Shown here: positions 1 through 13,719 of the stretch, in pieces | Numbering within the stretch: position 1 is the stretch's first letter | Layout: each line of letters begins with the position of its first letter | DNA from: Tubulanus polymorphus | Lineage: Eukaryota > Animalia > Nemertea | Length of the DNA stretch: 64,000 nt | Reading direction: 5' to 3' | Assembly: GCF_964204645.1 (NCBI RefSeq) | Contig: NC_134034.1 | Location: 11,110,962 to 11,174,961 of the forward strand | The notes under the pieces: generated by a model | What the model was told of the DNA's origin: nothing | The model's input: the letters and a program-made list of their open reading frames with translations, nothing else | The model's database searches: none | Translations under genes and position numbers: made by a program

Positions 1-3000
1 GCAACGGCAACAACGGTCGTGACCGCGGCGACCGAGGTGGTGGTTTCAACGGCGGGCGTCCGGGCGGTCGTCCGCAACCTCCCAGACGCGATAACTATCC
101 ATTACTCAGGTAACGTTTCAATCGGGGCTCGGTAGTCAACCGTGGCAAGCGAGGATCCACCAGGTGTCACTACCAGCGTGCCGTAGTACATGCCGGGATT
201 TAGATTTGAATCTTCTCAATTTTCTCGACAAATCTTTCCGATTTAATCAACGAGCGGTGATTTGCTGAAATTTTTGGAATGTCGGGGGGGGGGATTAAAA
301 ACAAATTGAAAATCGACTAAATTTTGATCCCGAGTCAGCTGGTAAAATAGCTAGTGTAGCAGGAGTGTTCCTCGTTTTAAATGAAAGCAATTTTGAAAAT
401 CTGCTTGATTTTTTTGGGCGAATGTTTAACGTTTGGAATTGTCGTCTCTTTATTCGCAGATTACTGGTGAACAGCGATCTCGTAGGAGCCGTAATCGGAA
501 CTGGAGGAACCACGATCACCGATATAACTAAACGCACGAAAGCTCGCGTCGACGTTCTGCGTCAAGATAAAAGCAACAAAATCCGTCTGCCCGAAACTGT
601 AAGTATTGTCGTATTTCGCTCGTTGCTGTGGTTGACAGTAATTTGAAATCTAACTCCCCGAATCATCTGAAAGCAGAATATCAACCTCTCCAGAAATATC
701 AAAATACTCTTAAATTCGGATTCATTTCTACTTCATCCTAAAATTGTAAAAATGTAAAAATTATTCGCGATTTATTGTGAAAACTGCCGCAAATAGAGAT
801 TTCAGGTAGTCTGGCAACCGCTGGGGTCAACTTCACTAGAAAAAGGTTTTCTTTGTTAATTATTCAGGTTTATCTTGTATATCAGTATAGGGTTTTATTT
901 ATTTTTGGAAACTGGTGCTAGGATTTTAAAATTGGCGCTAGTCATTGGGAATTTGACAAATATTTTTTTTGTGAAGTGACATTTGATTCTCAAACTGTGG
1001 CAATGTTTGTAATGCGACCGACATCGGGCCAGCTGGTAACTAACGTCTGTCATTATTGCTACGATTACAGCCTATATACATGTACGGTAACCCGGAGAAC
1101 GTCAGTTCGGCGTGTAAGGAAATCATGAAAGTTCTACAGGAGGAGTCGCGCGAGAAACTGAAAGAGGATTTCACGTTGAAAATGCTCGCCGAGGACAAAT
1201 ACTGCGGCAGCATCATCGGCCGTTCGGGCAAAAATATCCGAGCGATCCGAGAAAAAACTGACTCGAAAATCACCATTTCACAGTGAGTGTAATTCCTTCG
1301 CTAGTCAATTTTAAGTAGTGGAACAATGGGAAAACTCCTGAACCAACTTTTGGCTGAAGTCGTTACTGAACGACTTAGGTGTTATCCAAATGTTGGAATA
1401 TTATAGGGGCTGTATTAAGACATCGTGGCTGCTGAAGGCTTTCAATCCACCCAAAAAGAAAATTGAGCTAAATTTTGGTGTTATCTTCTATTTTGCAAAT
1501 TAGCTCAATATATTTCAAAGCAAATATCAGCATTATAAATAGAATATTGACATCCACTCTGGTTGGGGCAGCAGATGTTTTATAAGGGGTGGCTGATTTT
1601 CAGAGGGGTGGATGTAAAAATGAAAGCACCCCTCTAAACCTGTTGTGGAGAACACTGCAACTGGGCCCGAATCGATTTGAAAAATGTTGAGAATTTCTGA
1701 TTTTGATAGATTTGGATATTATTTTCGTTCGTTTAGACAAAATCCGAATTATCCGTTTAACTGGGATCGAATCATCACGATTAAAGGTGAATTAGAAGGA
1801 ATGTCCGAGGCTGAGAAAGATATCACTTCCAGATTACGACAATGTACAGTGAGCGACAGAGAGAAAAATGAAGTAAGTTTCATTTCATTCCCTTCTTTAC
1901 TACACTGGATTCCTTGCGGATAGTCGGCAACATTCTCTGAAAATAGTAGTCCCCTGATTGTCAGGAACAGTCTGTGAAAATGGTTTACTGTCCCCTGATT
2001 GTCAGGAACAGTCTCTGAAAATGGTTTACTGTCCCCTGATTGTCGGGAACAGTCTCTGAAAGTGGTTTACTGTTCCCTGATTGTCAGGAACAGTCTCCGA
2101 AAATGGTTTACTGTCCCCTGATTGTCAGGAACAGTGTCAGGAACAGTCTCTGAAAGTGGTTTACTGTCCCCTGATTGTCAGGAACAGTCTCTGAAAGCGG
2201 TTTACTGTGAGAATGATTTGACCCTGTAAACTCTTTTGTCTCTGATGAATTTCCAATGTCAAAATTGTAACGCATTTCACTGACTCGGCCCCAACTTGAT
2301 TGACCTGTCAATTATCTGTCGCTAGTCTGCTTTCTATTGTAGTTGTAATTTCAGACATGTGTCTACTACAACTGTTACTCCTGTGAGGAGAGAAACAATG
2401 AAACTCTGTCTATAGTCATGTATATATGTAACTGGTGATGATTCTAGGACAAATACTTTACTTAGAAATTCATTCGTATATTGTTGAATATAGATTTATA
2501 AGACATAAAATTACTGATGTTGTGTGCAGATCAAAAACTTTAAATCAGTCCTTGTGTAATTATAATTCACTTACCAAATTAAAGGAATCTTAATAAGTGC
2601 ACTTATTAGTGCATTAGTTAACGTTGGCTGATTTATTGGAATTAGTTTTAGTGTTACTTTAGCCAATCAAAAACTTTAAAGCAGTCCTAGAGTAATTAGC
2701 AATTAGTAATTATTAAAAAGATTTAATTTGGGGGGCAATTGTCCTGATACCCTGGTGATTTAATACTTGTACCTGGTAATATTTTGTAGTACTCGTGCAA
2801 TGCGATGATGCCGCCACCTCCTCCGTATATGACTGCTCCGGCTGGAATGCACCACCACCACGGACACACCCACGGAGGACCGGGCATGTATCCACACGGT
2901 ATGATGAGAAATCCTTACTTAATGGTAAGTGTTGATGTATTGTGATCAACGTTTCGAAGAAAAAAACCTTGGCGTAAAGTTTTGGAGAAAGCCTTCGAGA

Positions 3001-5748
3001 GAGAAGGAGTTATTTGAAATACGAATCTTGTAAAGGGTCTTCGAAAACCTTTGCAGGATGGTCGCTTACCTGGAAATCAGGGAAAAGTCGGGGGCTTTCT
3101 TTTCTTTTGAAAAATTTGGCGAATTTTTTTTTAAAAGGGAGCTAAAAATTCAGGGAATTTCGTAGAATAGTTCAAAATCAATATGTTGAGATTGTTAGAT
3201 CTTGTGTAAAATCAAACAGTTTCCGTGTATGTCTTACGTAGTTGACTGTTTTTTGATTGGATTCGAAGCAGATCAAGTCAGGGAAAACAACGTGTGTGTC
3301 GGGGAATAGTTGGGGGGAAAAGCAGGTCAAATAAGTGGCCACCCTGCTTGGGAAAAATGACTGAATAAAATTTGTTGATTGTAGCGTGTAATCAATCGTG
3401 AATGTTGATATTTGTTACAGCCACATCACAACTATCCGGTGCACCAACATCCCGGTAACATGTATGGTAACTCGTCGCAATACCCGAACTTACCGCCGAA
3501 TATGATGCCACAAGCGCCGCCCGAGGAGGAGACGTTTATCAAAGTGCCAGACGGCGCCGCGTCGGTCATCATCGGGCCGAAAGGCAACAATATACGACAT
3601 ATTAAAAACGAATCTAAAGCCTATATACATGTGAGTAGTGGCCGATTCATGGTTGACAATAGCAGTTTACCGAATGATTCTAGCGAGTCTCCTAACTGCT
3701 TTGAAGTTATTCTATTTGAATAAATTAAATAATGCCCTTCAATAGTGAGCTTACTCGTCGCAAAAAGTGACTTGTTATCCCGAATTGTTTGCGACGATTA
3801 TGCATTTTGGGGCAATCATGTTTTAGGTCTTGGATGAGGTTTGTAGACTAGTGAGTCATTTAATGAGATGAACGCAGCTAAACACTGAATACAGCCCTTT
3901 GAACCCTTTCAGTGCTGACTAATTAATACCCTTTAGTGCTGGAGATAATTTGAAAATTTTGAAAAATTCCACCCTAGTGTGTTGAATAACGGGAATAGCA
4001 CTATAGTGCGTCTACACCGCGACGCGGTGTATCGTTAGTTACTAGTATTTCACAATGTTTGACAGATGCTGCCATTTTTCAAGAGAGATAATTACTAATT
4101 ACATCAATACACCGCAGTGCGGTGTACTAGCAGAATCTATCACTGATTTGTACACCGCACTGAAAGGGTTAAACCCCCTGCGTAAACCACTGCTTCGTTA
4201 ATGATCGTATTTCAACGATTGAATCTGGTTTTCTGAAATGTTGCGTCGTTTTTGTTTAGATTGATCCGGAGAAGAAAGATAAGAACGACCCGACGCCTCC
4301 TCGTATTCCCGACGGAATACCACTGCCTAAAGATCCGAAAGAGCGAGTCGTTACAATCAGAGGAAACTGGGACGCCCAGTGGAAAGTAAGTACTGCGCCG
4401 CCGCCCCCTGGTGTCGTCTGAAACTGATTTCGATGTACTCATCGTCGCGGTTTATTTTTTTTTCAGGCGCATTTTTACGTATTCGAGAAGTTAAAATCGG
4501 AAGGTTTTGCCGGCAATGATGAAGTGAAATTGACGTGTTTAATGAAAGTGCCGAACAGTTGCATCGGTCGAATCATCGGCAAATTAGGACACAATGTTAG
4601 TATTTCTAGTCTACCTTTCACCCTCCATTCTCTCTTCACCCTTCCTTCCCACTCCCTTTCCCTTCTCCATTTCTTTCTCTTCTTCCCCTCAAGTTCCACT
4701 CCATTCCCTACCCTTTAATCCTCTCACTCTATTTCTATCTCATTCTCTCCTCAGTCACTTTCCTCCTTCCTTCTCCCATTCTTCATTTCTCCTTTCTATC
4801 CTCCTTTGCCTCATCCTCCCTCATCCCTTTCCACGCTGCCGTACCAGCCAATCCCTCTTCTGATTTCATTAACGTCTCTTTCTCGTTGTAGGTAAAAAAT
4901 ATACAAAAACAAACTGGAGCTATAGTAAAACTGCCTGAAGATACGTATTATCCACCTGCTGGTGATTACAAGTTTGTAGAAATCACTGGAAGTTACACTG
5001 CCACACAGGTTAGTCTACAGTTACAGCTATAATGAGTATACCGGCTACGCTACTGAGGGAAGCAAGGATTCGGCGTTGATCCTCCCGGATCGCTAGGGAG
5101 TTACCGTGCTTCAATTTCCTTCTGCTGTTATATTCTTTTGTAGTTAGTTAATCATAATTATCTAAATCATACACTGGAGAGTGAGAAAGCGAATCTTCTA
5201 TCTAACCGATCATCCGTTCGATAATTTTCCGAATTGTCTTGATTTTAAAGATAAAGCTCAAATTCATTGAAAATGAACTGGATTTTCACCACGACTGACC
5301 CAGTAATTTTATGCTTCATTTGGTGGTGCCGGTCACATCCCATAACAGCGTACAAAAATCTTTCACGCTAGACCGAGCGTGTGGGTTCACGCGCAGCTTA
5401 GATGATGTCATTATTAGCCAATCGGAAATCATGTTTTAGAAATGTGTTTGAAATTCTACTGTCATGTGTTTTTTTTTTTTTTTTCAGGCCGCAATGAGCC
5501 GCATAAAGTCCAAGATCCCAGGGACGAATTCCGGATACCCACCTAAACGTAACGGTACACCTCCGCTGACTGGAGCGGCGGCGGCGGCCGGGTCGCAGTC
5601 GTCGACACCGGTGGCGCCACCGGCCTCGTCGCAGGCGAGCGGTAACGGACACGCGTCGCCGAGCGGAGCCGCCGCGTCTGCCAGCGTTCAACAACAACAA
5701 CAACGCAGTTCATCGCTGAACGGCAACGAAACCAACGGCGATCAATAA
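1..5748 (+). CDS. IGF2BP: IGF2BP/Imp-like RNA-binding protein, four KH domains (5'-truncated by window edge)
   Basis: Exons <1-109, 460-598, 1071-1282, 1737-1872, 2790-2924, 3421-3630, 4260-4385, 4467-4595, 4892-5008, 5488-5748, all GT-AG and in phase. Spliced protein has YPLLRLLVNSDLVGAVIGTGGTTITDITKRTKARVDV (KH1), LKMLAEDKYCGSIIGRSGKNIR (KH2), VPDGAASVIIGPKGNNIR...ERVVTIRGNWDAQWKA (KH3) and VPNSCIGRIIGKLGHNVKNIQKQTGAIVKLP (KH4), matching the Imp/IGF2BP layout. Confidence 0.9.
1935..2207. repeat. 41-bp minisatellite (~6 copies) in IGF2BP intron
   Basis: Unit TGGTTTACTGTCCCCTGATTGTCAGGAACAGTCTCTGAAAA repeated in tandem. Confidence 0.9.
3054..3346 (-). mobile_element. Non-autonomous DNA element with CAGGGTGGCCAC-type termini
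   Basis: Reverse-complement copy of a family also seen at ~46746-46980, ~51188-51625 and ~52620-52950 (shared TTTCCCTGACTTGATCTGCT...CAGTCAA...GACGGAAACTGTTTGATTTT core). Confidence 0.65.
3904..4168. mobile_element. piggyBac-like MITE (265 bp)
   Basis: TIR CCCTTTCAGTGC...GCACTGAAAGGG, right flank TTAA and left flank TGAA. A second, internally deleted copy lies at 11794-11905. Confidence 0.75.
4600..4862. repeat. CT-rich low-complexity intron segment
   Basis: Almost purely pyrimidine on the + strand. Confidence 0.8.
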
Positions 5749-8700
5749 AAAACAGTAACATGGCAACCCATTTACAGTTAGTCCGGGGCGGTCGGGTTTT
5801 ATAGATTCGAGGCTGAATTGAGTTAACCCCTCGCCGGCCCGTTTTATAGGCTAGTGCTTTTAAGTCTTTATAACCGGCCGCTGGGGTTGAGGTTAAAAAC
5901 CGGTCTATAAAACTCGATACGCCTGGATTTTGATTCTGGTCGGTGGTCACTTTTCAATCAGCAGTTCGATTTCAATCCGTATCCCCGTTTTAGTTATACC
6001 TGTCAAGAAAACGCGAAACGCTATAATACGGACGGTTACGATAATGGACTTATTCGAAAAGCGATGAAAACAGATGTTTTTCCCTTCTTGCGTAACTCAT
6101 TTTCGCGCGCGTCCCGCGTTCGTTCACACGTTCATTACCATTGCTACGGTAACTAATAATAATAATTATTATTATAACTCGTTTTCAGTTTTTGCTAATC
6201 AAATAATTGTTGAATTAAAAAAAAAAAATGCTTTGAAAACTCTTTGTCCTGTAACAAATACGCCGGCTTAATCCGGATTGCGATTTCAGAACGGATCCGG
6301 GATCCTTATTTTGTCAGCAACACTTTTTGAAAATATTGCGAGAATTGTATTAGTTTCTCGATTAAGGTCGGATTGGTCTCTACAGATTCGGGAATTCTCT
6401 TCACGCGCATTCGTTTCGGCAAAAAATATTCCAGAATACGATATATCTATTCCCGAATGGCGTAATCTGTAAACCTGATAGAAGCGGCCGGTAGAGAGAG
6501 TTTGTAATCGATATTCCTAAACCGGAAATTAGTTCAATCGAAAAAACCCGGATTAAGCCGGTTTAAACGCTGTATTTCTGTCACTTGTCGTTAGAAATCT
6601 GTTTTTCATTCGATCATTCATGCAACAACTCGGTACTGCGCGTACGTAAAGACGCTTCTTCAGTCTTCGGCTGAGATCAATAAAAAAATCAATAATTATC
6701 GTCAGACGACACTTAACTATCTATAAACTCTACAGTAACCCACTGTGCTTTAAACTCAGTTAGTCGATGTGAATCGTAGACGGGACCTCGGTTCTTGGGA
6801 AAGAAATCATTTTCGCGCGTCGTATTCAACTCGGAAGTACTGCGCGCGAAAGCCAGCCGGTTTAAATTGTTGCATTTCTATTTTTAAGAACGATTTAATA
6901 GGCTTCGCGCGTTGGCGCTTCGAGCAGCACGCGCGTTAGGTAGACCTAGCCTCGAGCAATTATCAAACGGATGTAGACTCCGTTTGCCTCGGACTATGGC
7001 TAGCCCTAGTCTGTGGTTTAGTTTCACGATTGGATACTAGATCGCTTGTCCATTATGCCACATGTTTGCAAACCAGACAAAATGGCGGCTTCTGACACTG
7101 GAAATCTGAGGATAAATTGATTAGTTTCTCAAGAAAATGTTGATTAATCGCTCAAAGCATTCATGAAAATGGATAATTTGAAAAGTTTGTGAATTAAGTG
7201 ATTGTCTTTAGAAAATTTTTTTGTAGCGTTACTTTTTTCAACTGTTTTGGCCCTTGTCAGCCCTAACATTGGTATTGGTAAGCTTACCACCAATGATTAG
7301 GTAACTAACCAGGTGAGCCCCGGACTCTGTTTAACCCAGTTTTGATTGCATCTCTGATATCGTAGAAGAGAAGATTTTGGTCCCCGAGATGCGAGAGGCG
7401 AGTGGAGTCTACCGCCGTACACAACGTTTCTAGATAATTGTTCATGTTTAAGAACCGATAGTATTCTAAACAACCCTGAAATAAACGTCGGTCGTCGCGA
7501 CTTCTACGAACTGTCCGAGCGTTATTTTTTGAGCGGATTTCGTCGGAAAATCCGATTCGAAAAAAAAAGTGTTTCAGTCTTGATCACCGCGTTGATAACA
7601 ACGGCCATATTGTGATAAATTCATGGCTATTGTTTTAAGAATGAGTTGACTTCAAAAAACGGCATGTAGGCAATCAAAAATATACGTGACACAGACTTTC
7701 GACCGGTTTGTCGACCCAGTCGGTCGACTAGTCGATCGACCGCGTGTGTCGCGCGGCGGTTTTGTACGGTAATTTTATATTTACAAAAAACGCTATGAAA
7801 ACTTTAAAAAAAAAAAAAAACGGCTAAAAGATGGAGTTTGATAAATATAGTATATGTACGTGTATGTATTTAAAAAAAAATAAGCGGCATTTTGTGCCCG
7901 GTGCGCGAGCGTGTGCCGCGACGGGCGGGCACACGCCTCGACGTACTAGTGCGCGGGCAATTTTGTATTAAAAAAAAAAAAAACAAAGTTTATTTTTTGA
8001 TACTTGTTGGGAACGCGAAGAGAACACTTTGTTACAAAAACGAGAAAAAAAAACAGAATACAAACATGAAGAATAAATAAGTGACCGGGGGCAATTTCTA
8101 CGCAGGTCGTATGAATGTGTGTTAAAATATAAGGCGGAGCCACCCCGTGCCGGTGGTGGCGCCGCTGTGCGCTATTTCATCACCGGACGGTGGCTTCGAT
8201 TCCGTATCCGGAACTTTGCGAGAAACTGAATTTATCTCGATGATCCGACACAGACAGAGACTACTAACGCCCTCTATCTTCCTGATTATTCAGCAGCATT
8301 CAAACAGACCTGTTACTATAACGTACGTACGCGTGTGCGTGCGCGCGCTCATCCAGTCAATTAAAACCCTACGATTGGCTGGCCGTTGATCTTATTCAAG
8401 ATGGCTGCCTCTCGACGTTGATCACAGTTTGCTGGTCGTCACGCGACCGGCTCTAATCGTCGAGAGTGTTTTACGTTGTCCTTGTTTCCAACATTCATCA
8501 AAGATTCAAACTTGAGAATATTTAACGACGATTACGGAGCATTCGATAATGGCCGCCTTCGTCGTCGGCGGAGCGCGAGTGAAATTAATCCGGCTCGAAA
8601 CGATGAACGCAACCATCGCAGATTTCTATATATATATAATACATATACATGTGCTACTAGTACGAGTTGTTATGACGACGATTGTTGTAGCTAGCAGACG

Positions 8701-9629
8701 GCTTGAATACCGGTTATGACGATGGTTGTCGACGCTCGTGCTATTGTTTTCGTTGTGATAGGACAGGACGGGAAGTCTCCGGTGATTGGCTAGAAATCGG
8801 TTACTCGCGGTTACGCGTAGCGGCAGACGTGAAATCTGTTGCCAGGCTACAGAGCGGCAGACATTGTGCATGTTGTTGTCTGCTCGACTGTTACCTAGAG
8901 AAGGTATTCGATGGTAAAGCGTAAGTTTCGAGCTGGTTTATTTTCGTTTCTCGAGGGCGGCGGTAGCCATGGCGTCTGCTGCGTAATAGTCGTTACATAC
9001 GACCTGTAAAATGTAATAATCAATAATATAGATAGATCGTTCTTCACCTGACCTCTTTAGCCTACTTATTATTGAGTCTTTATCAAATCTCTTGTAGTAT
9101 ATATATATATGTTAATCCTGAACCGTGCAGTGGCGCGGACAGATTCCTGCAGGAGAGCAGCCATTGTTCGGCTTTGCGCTCCTGTTTTTGATTTTTATGC
9201 CTTTTTGTGTGCGTCTGGCGGCGTCGGCGGTGGTGAATCGGTCGTCCGTCTGTCGCTGACGAAACGCCGTGAAATTTTTTGATTCGTGATTTAGAATATT
9301 CCAGATGAAAATGATCACTTTTTCGCGAAACCGTTATTCAACCGCGACAGATTCTCCGACGTATCTTAAAAAGGTCGGTGGTTTTATCGGCCGAAAATGA
9401 GCCAAGCTGTGAGCGAGTTATTTTAAACGAATCAGTCATCATCCGTTTTCTTCCGCTTTTAGACTCACATGTACTGACACCTAGTGGCGAAGAGCGGCGA
9501 TATCTTGTGAATAGTTAGTACTACTACGCTTAGGGTTATTTTTCAATGAGCTTTGTTTGTTAGTTTATTGTGTATATTAAAGCTGGTTCTGTGTTGCATG
9601 TGAACCATTTTGAGTCTGTATCTGTCTGC

Positions 9630-9756
9630 TCTCTGTGAACTCAATGAGCCGGCGTCCGTCTGCTCTGTGAACTCAATGAGCCGGCGTCCGTCTACTCTCT
9701 GTGAACTCAATGAGCCGGCGTCCGTCTGCTCAATGTGAACTCAGAGCCGGCATCCG
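9630..9756. repeat. ~33-bp tandem repeat (4 copies)
   Basis: CTCTGTGAACTCAATGAGCCGGCGTCCGTCTG repeated. Confidence 0.85.
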
Positions 9757-11793
9757 AAGATCCGTCAAAACTTCGTTGAAAATTTTGAGGGCTCAATTTT
9801 ACCGATATATATATATATATATTATATATATTAAGATATTTTACGATGATTTCATCGAGTTTTTGTTTTGTTTTTGATTTATCCGAGAGGAATATCTCGA
9901 CGTGTTTCTCGCGAAGTCGTTGTTGAGATCCGGCTTTCGTAAAGATAACGCTTTTTTTTCCGCATGGTTGAACGCTGGTTATTACTGTTTATGATGAGAC
10001 TCTTGCTGTGTTGGGCGGGTGCGCGGCCCGAGCGTGGCTACCCGCCCCCGGGCGCCGATCGAGTGCCCGGTATTTACGTTTCAATGGTGAATGATGATGA
10101 TGATGATGATATTGAAATTTGTTGCAATGTTTTTTTCTTGTTTTATTATATAAAGTATTAGTTGATATTATTTTTGTGCTTGTGTGTGTATGCATGCGTG
10201 CGCGCGCGTAACGCGGCCGCGTGCGAAGAAGGATTTTTATTTTCTTTGTTTTCGACGCCTCGAAAAAATAAGCAGTTCGGTGATGATACATCGCGCTGCG
10301 TATAGGTGGCGCTACCGCTTATGTTAGTAAATTAGTTGTGAATATAGGGATAGGCATTTGACGCGCAGCGCGGAAGGATAACTGATCGGCGCGCTAGATC
10401 GACGAAAGACAGCTTGGCTCATTTTACTTCAATGAATTCATGATTTTGTTTGTTTATTGTCTTTGATGATTCTCTTTGATATTTTGTCTTTGTATCTCAC
10501 AACTCTCTCTCTCTCTCATTAGACAATTACGTCATAGATATTGATAATTGAAATGTTATTTAACGTGTTTGATGATATATGAATAATTAACCGCAATGAA
10601 TCGTTATCTTGGTCTCGTACGAACCCTATTTAACAGTTGTAGTAAAAACCTATTTTACTCGATTTGGCGATTGAATCGGGGGATGAAGAGTTGTGTGGGG
10701 GTCGGTGAGAGTTCGGTTCCACTGCGTTGTCTACCCAGTTGTGCAGTTGTGGACCCGATTCACGGTTGTGGACGCAGTTCCAACGATCTGCAGTTCTGGA
10801 CCCAGTTCACGTATTTGGAACCGGTTTCAAGGTTCTGCATTTCTTGTACCGTTTTTTGTGAGTTTAAAATTTGATTTGTGTCGCCTCCGCAACTTTCTGA
10901 TGGACTCACTCTCACGACCCAGTTCTGCAGTTGTTAGTTGGGATTTGGCTCTAGTAGACTTCATAAAACTAAAATGACATGAAATTCAACTGTTTTTAAC
11001 TTCTGATGAGTAAAATGCGACAAATAGAAGTAGACCTGTAGGTCCAGGGTCGGATTTAGTCGGTAACTTGTCCGCGGTTTACTTTCAAGATCTGTTATTT
11101 TCGCTGACCACCTTTATTGGTATGAGCTCTCATCTGATATAAAAGCTTACCACCAAGGATTAAGCGACTAACCGGGTTCGTTTTATGCAAAGGCAAAATT
11201 CTAGTTACCGGGTAGCTTCATTCCCTGCACAACTCTTGAAATTCTCACGAAGAAAAAAAATAGTTTGCGATGTTAGTGACAATTTATTTGTTCAACGTAA
11301 ATAGCTATAACGATATTAATGATAATGATAATAATAATAATAATTACTCTGCAAATATAAATGATTAGTTAACAATACGTGGAACAGACAATTTCACCGA
11401 ATGTTATTAATGTATAATTTTAGTTTTTTCATGAGTTTGGTTTATTTTTTCGAGTTTTAAAAATACGCAACAACAACTTCGGTGAAGACCTTAAGAAATT
11501 TTTGAAAAAAATTGTGCCGCGTGGTTTTCTTTTTTCTACGAGTGAAAATGGTGTGCGTTTCGAAAGAAACGAATCCGAACATTTTTACGATGATATTGAT
11601 TTCCTTTGTTTCTCATCGGACGCAAATCGTTAAAAAAAACTCGCTTTGCAAAAACATACGATGTAAGATGTTTTCATGTACAGTAGTATATCGGTAAAGG
11701 GGCGCGAGGCGGCTTTCTCAAGTCACCCCACCCCTTGTCATTTTCTGGTGTTATAAAATAGTTCTTTAGAGTTAGCTAATAATGTTAGTTTAA

Positions 11794-11905
11794 CCCTTTC
11801 AGTGCTGACTAATACCCGAAAGTGCTGGAGATATTTTGAAAATTTGAATAACTGCACGGTGTATCGATTAATACATCGCACTGCGGTGTAGACACACTGA
11901 AAGGG
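11794..11905. mobile_element. Internally deleted copy of the piggyBac-like MITE
   Basis: TTAA|CCCTTTCAGTGCTGACTAA...CACTGAAAGGG|TTGA, with the same ends and subterminal sequence as 3904-4168. Confidence 0.75.
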
Positions 11906-12682
11906 TTGAAATTAACCTCGCTCATTGTGTCCTATATTCCTTTACATAGAAAAACGAAACTTTTGAACGCGTTTCGCGGCCTAATGCGTGTAGCCATAGC
12001 GACCGATGTATGTCCGTCCGTTTGAGTATAGAAATAGTTCCGCGTGCGACAGGGTTCGATGTATGAAGTGACATTTTTGCCATACAACTCTATGAAAAAG
12101 CTATGGGATTTAGAAGTTTGGTCTGGATAATATTTTTCTTGTGGATTTCGTGAGTACTCTATGCTCTATTCAATTCTGTCGTAGCGAGTATAAGATCATA
12201 GCTCATTTAGCAGGAATTTTTTATATTTGACCCTGGCGGATGAAAACTGTAAAATCAAAGATGGCAAATAGTGCCAAACCCTGCTGATGACTCCAGGACC
12301 CACAGTTCCACAGTTGTGAGTTAGAGTTAACTCTGAGTTAAATTTAGTTCATTTTCAATGAGTTAACTCTGAGTCAAATCTTAACTGAATTATAATTCAT
12401 AACTTGAACTGAATCCAGAACTCGGTCGAACTGAAAACAAAAACATGGCAGACGGACTAATGGCATCGATCGTCGCTATGGCTACGCTTCAGTTACGTTT
12501 TCGCGTTCTTCCGTCTCCCGGTTATTGAAACAGAGTATAATGGCGTGTTGTAGTTCATATCGATGATGGTACGGAGAGATGTAACGGTTGCCATGGTTAT
12601 CACTCGGTTTATTATTAAAAATAGAAATGACACAGCCTTTAAAAAGTAAATAAACGTCGAATGGAATTTATAAAAAACATAA

Positions 12683-12730
12683 GTTTCCTGCTCTTCACAG
12701 GACTGTGTTTCCTGCTCTTCACAGGACTGT
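12683..12730. repeat. Exact 24-bp tandem duplication
   Basis: GTTTCCTGCTCTTCACAGGACTGT twice. Confidence 0.95.
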
Positions 12731-13673
12731 GGTGGTGATCATAGAGAAAATATAGAAACAAAGAACATGACATTTCCCTGTTTTTCTACCATGATGGAAT
12801 TTGAAAAATAAAAGGCAAAAAAATTGTAAAATTGGAAAATCAAATTTATTTCGTTGTTTTCGTTTTTGTCGAGTGTGAGAAGGAGAGTCGTTTGTTTCAG
12901 TTGGCCGAGTTTCCCAGTCTCTGGAGACCTGCTCAGTCCATAAGGGCCTGATGCAAAATGTTCGAGTTCTGAAGACCCAAATAATGTGATCATCATAGGG
13001 GGATTTCATGGTTGGAGTTTTTAGGGTCGAAAAACTTTTCTTCTACAATCAAGTGGTTGAAATTTAAAATTCCCTCCCTGTCATAATTATCCACTAGCAA
13101 ACAATTAGATTACAACCCGAGGCGGATTATTTGTAGATAGTGGGTCAGACCTTTACCGTCTGGTGCTGCCCCTATGTACAACATTAGCGGTGAAAATGTG
13201 AACTAACTCAACAGCGCAATATTCCTACTGTGGCATGCGGGTACCTATTAGACTGGTTACCGGTCCCTATGTAGCATATACTGGTTGCCTGTCCCAGATA
13301 CCGGTAACCAGTCTATATCTTCCATACTTGAACTTGAACTTTAATTTTATTGCTCCATATAATATACAAGTTATATAGGAAACGGCATGCAATAAAATAT
13401 TAACATCAAAACACAGGAGAAACAGTACAAAAGTGTATCTTCCATAATGAATGGGACAGGCAACCAGTCTATTCGCCATCAAAAATTAATCATGCGAATG
13501 TCCGTTAGTCGGAACTATAGTCCGGAAATGGTCGACCACGCAATTGAGCACGGTCGCTACAGTTCGGACCACAGTAAAATACGTTACGACCGAACTAGAG
13601 TGAACGACCGAACTAGCTACACGAAAACCGAAGTTGGCCGGGGCAGCGGCGCGCGGAGAATCCGCGAGTCCTC

Positions 13674-13719
13674 ACTTCCGGTGTGGAGTCGTGACCCGCC
13701 ATATTGAAATTTGGTAAGT
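13674..13719 (+). promoter_or_regulatory. Candidate promoter/first exon (ETS + YY1-like motifs + 5' splice site)
   Basis: ACTTCCGG (13674-13681), CGCCATATT (13697-13705) and TG|GTAAGT donor at 13714, in a short GC-rich patch. Confidence 0.35.

Larger units (their letters stand above)
5749..12660 (+). other. Probable long (~6.9 kb) 3'UTR of the IGF2BP-like gene
   Basis: No credible exons. A/U-rich tracts and several AATAAA hexamers (5744 overlapping the stop, ~6679, ~7480, ~8073, ~10267, ~12648), with a change in composition after ~12.7 kb. Extent is inferred. Confidence 0.45.

Noticed and set aside
5749-12660. let-7 target sites expected by analogy with vertebrate IGF2BP
   Set aside because: I did not spot CTACCTC by eye; neither presence nor absence is claimed without a scan.
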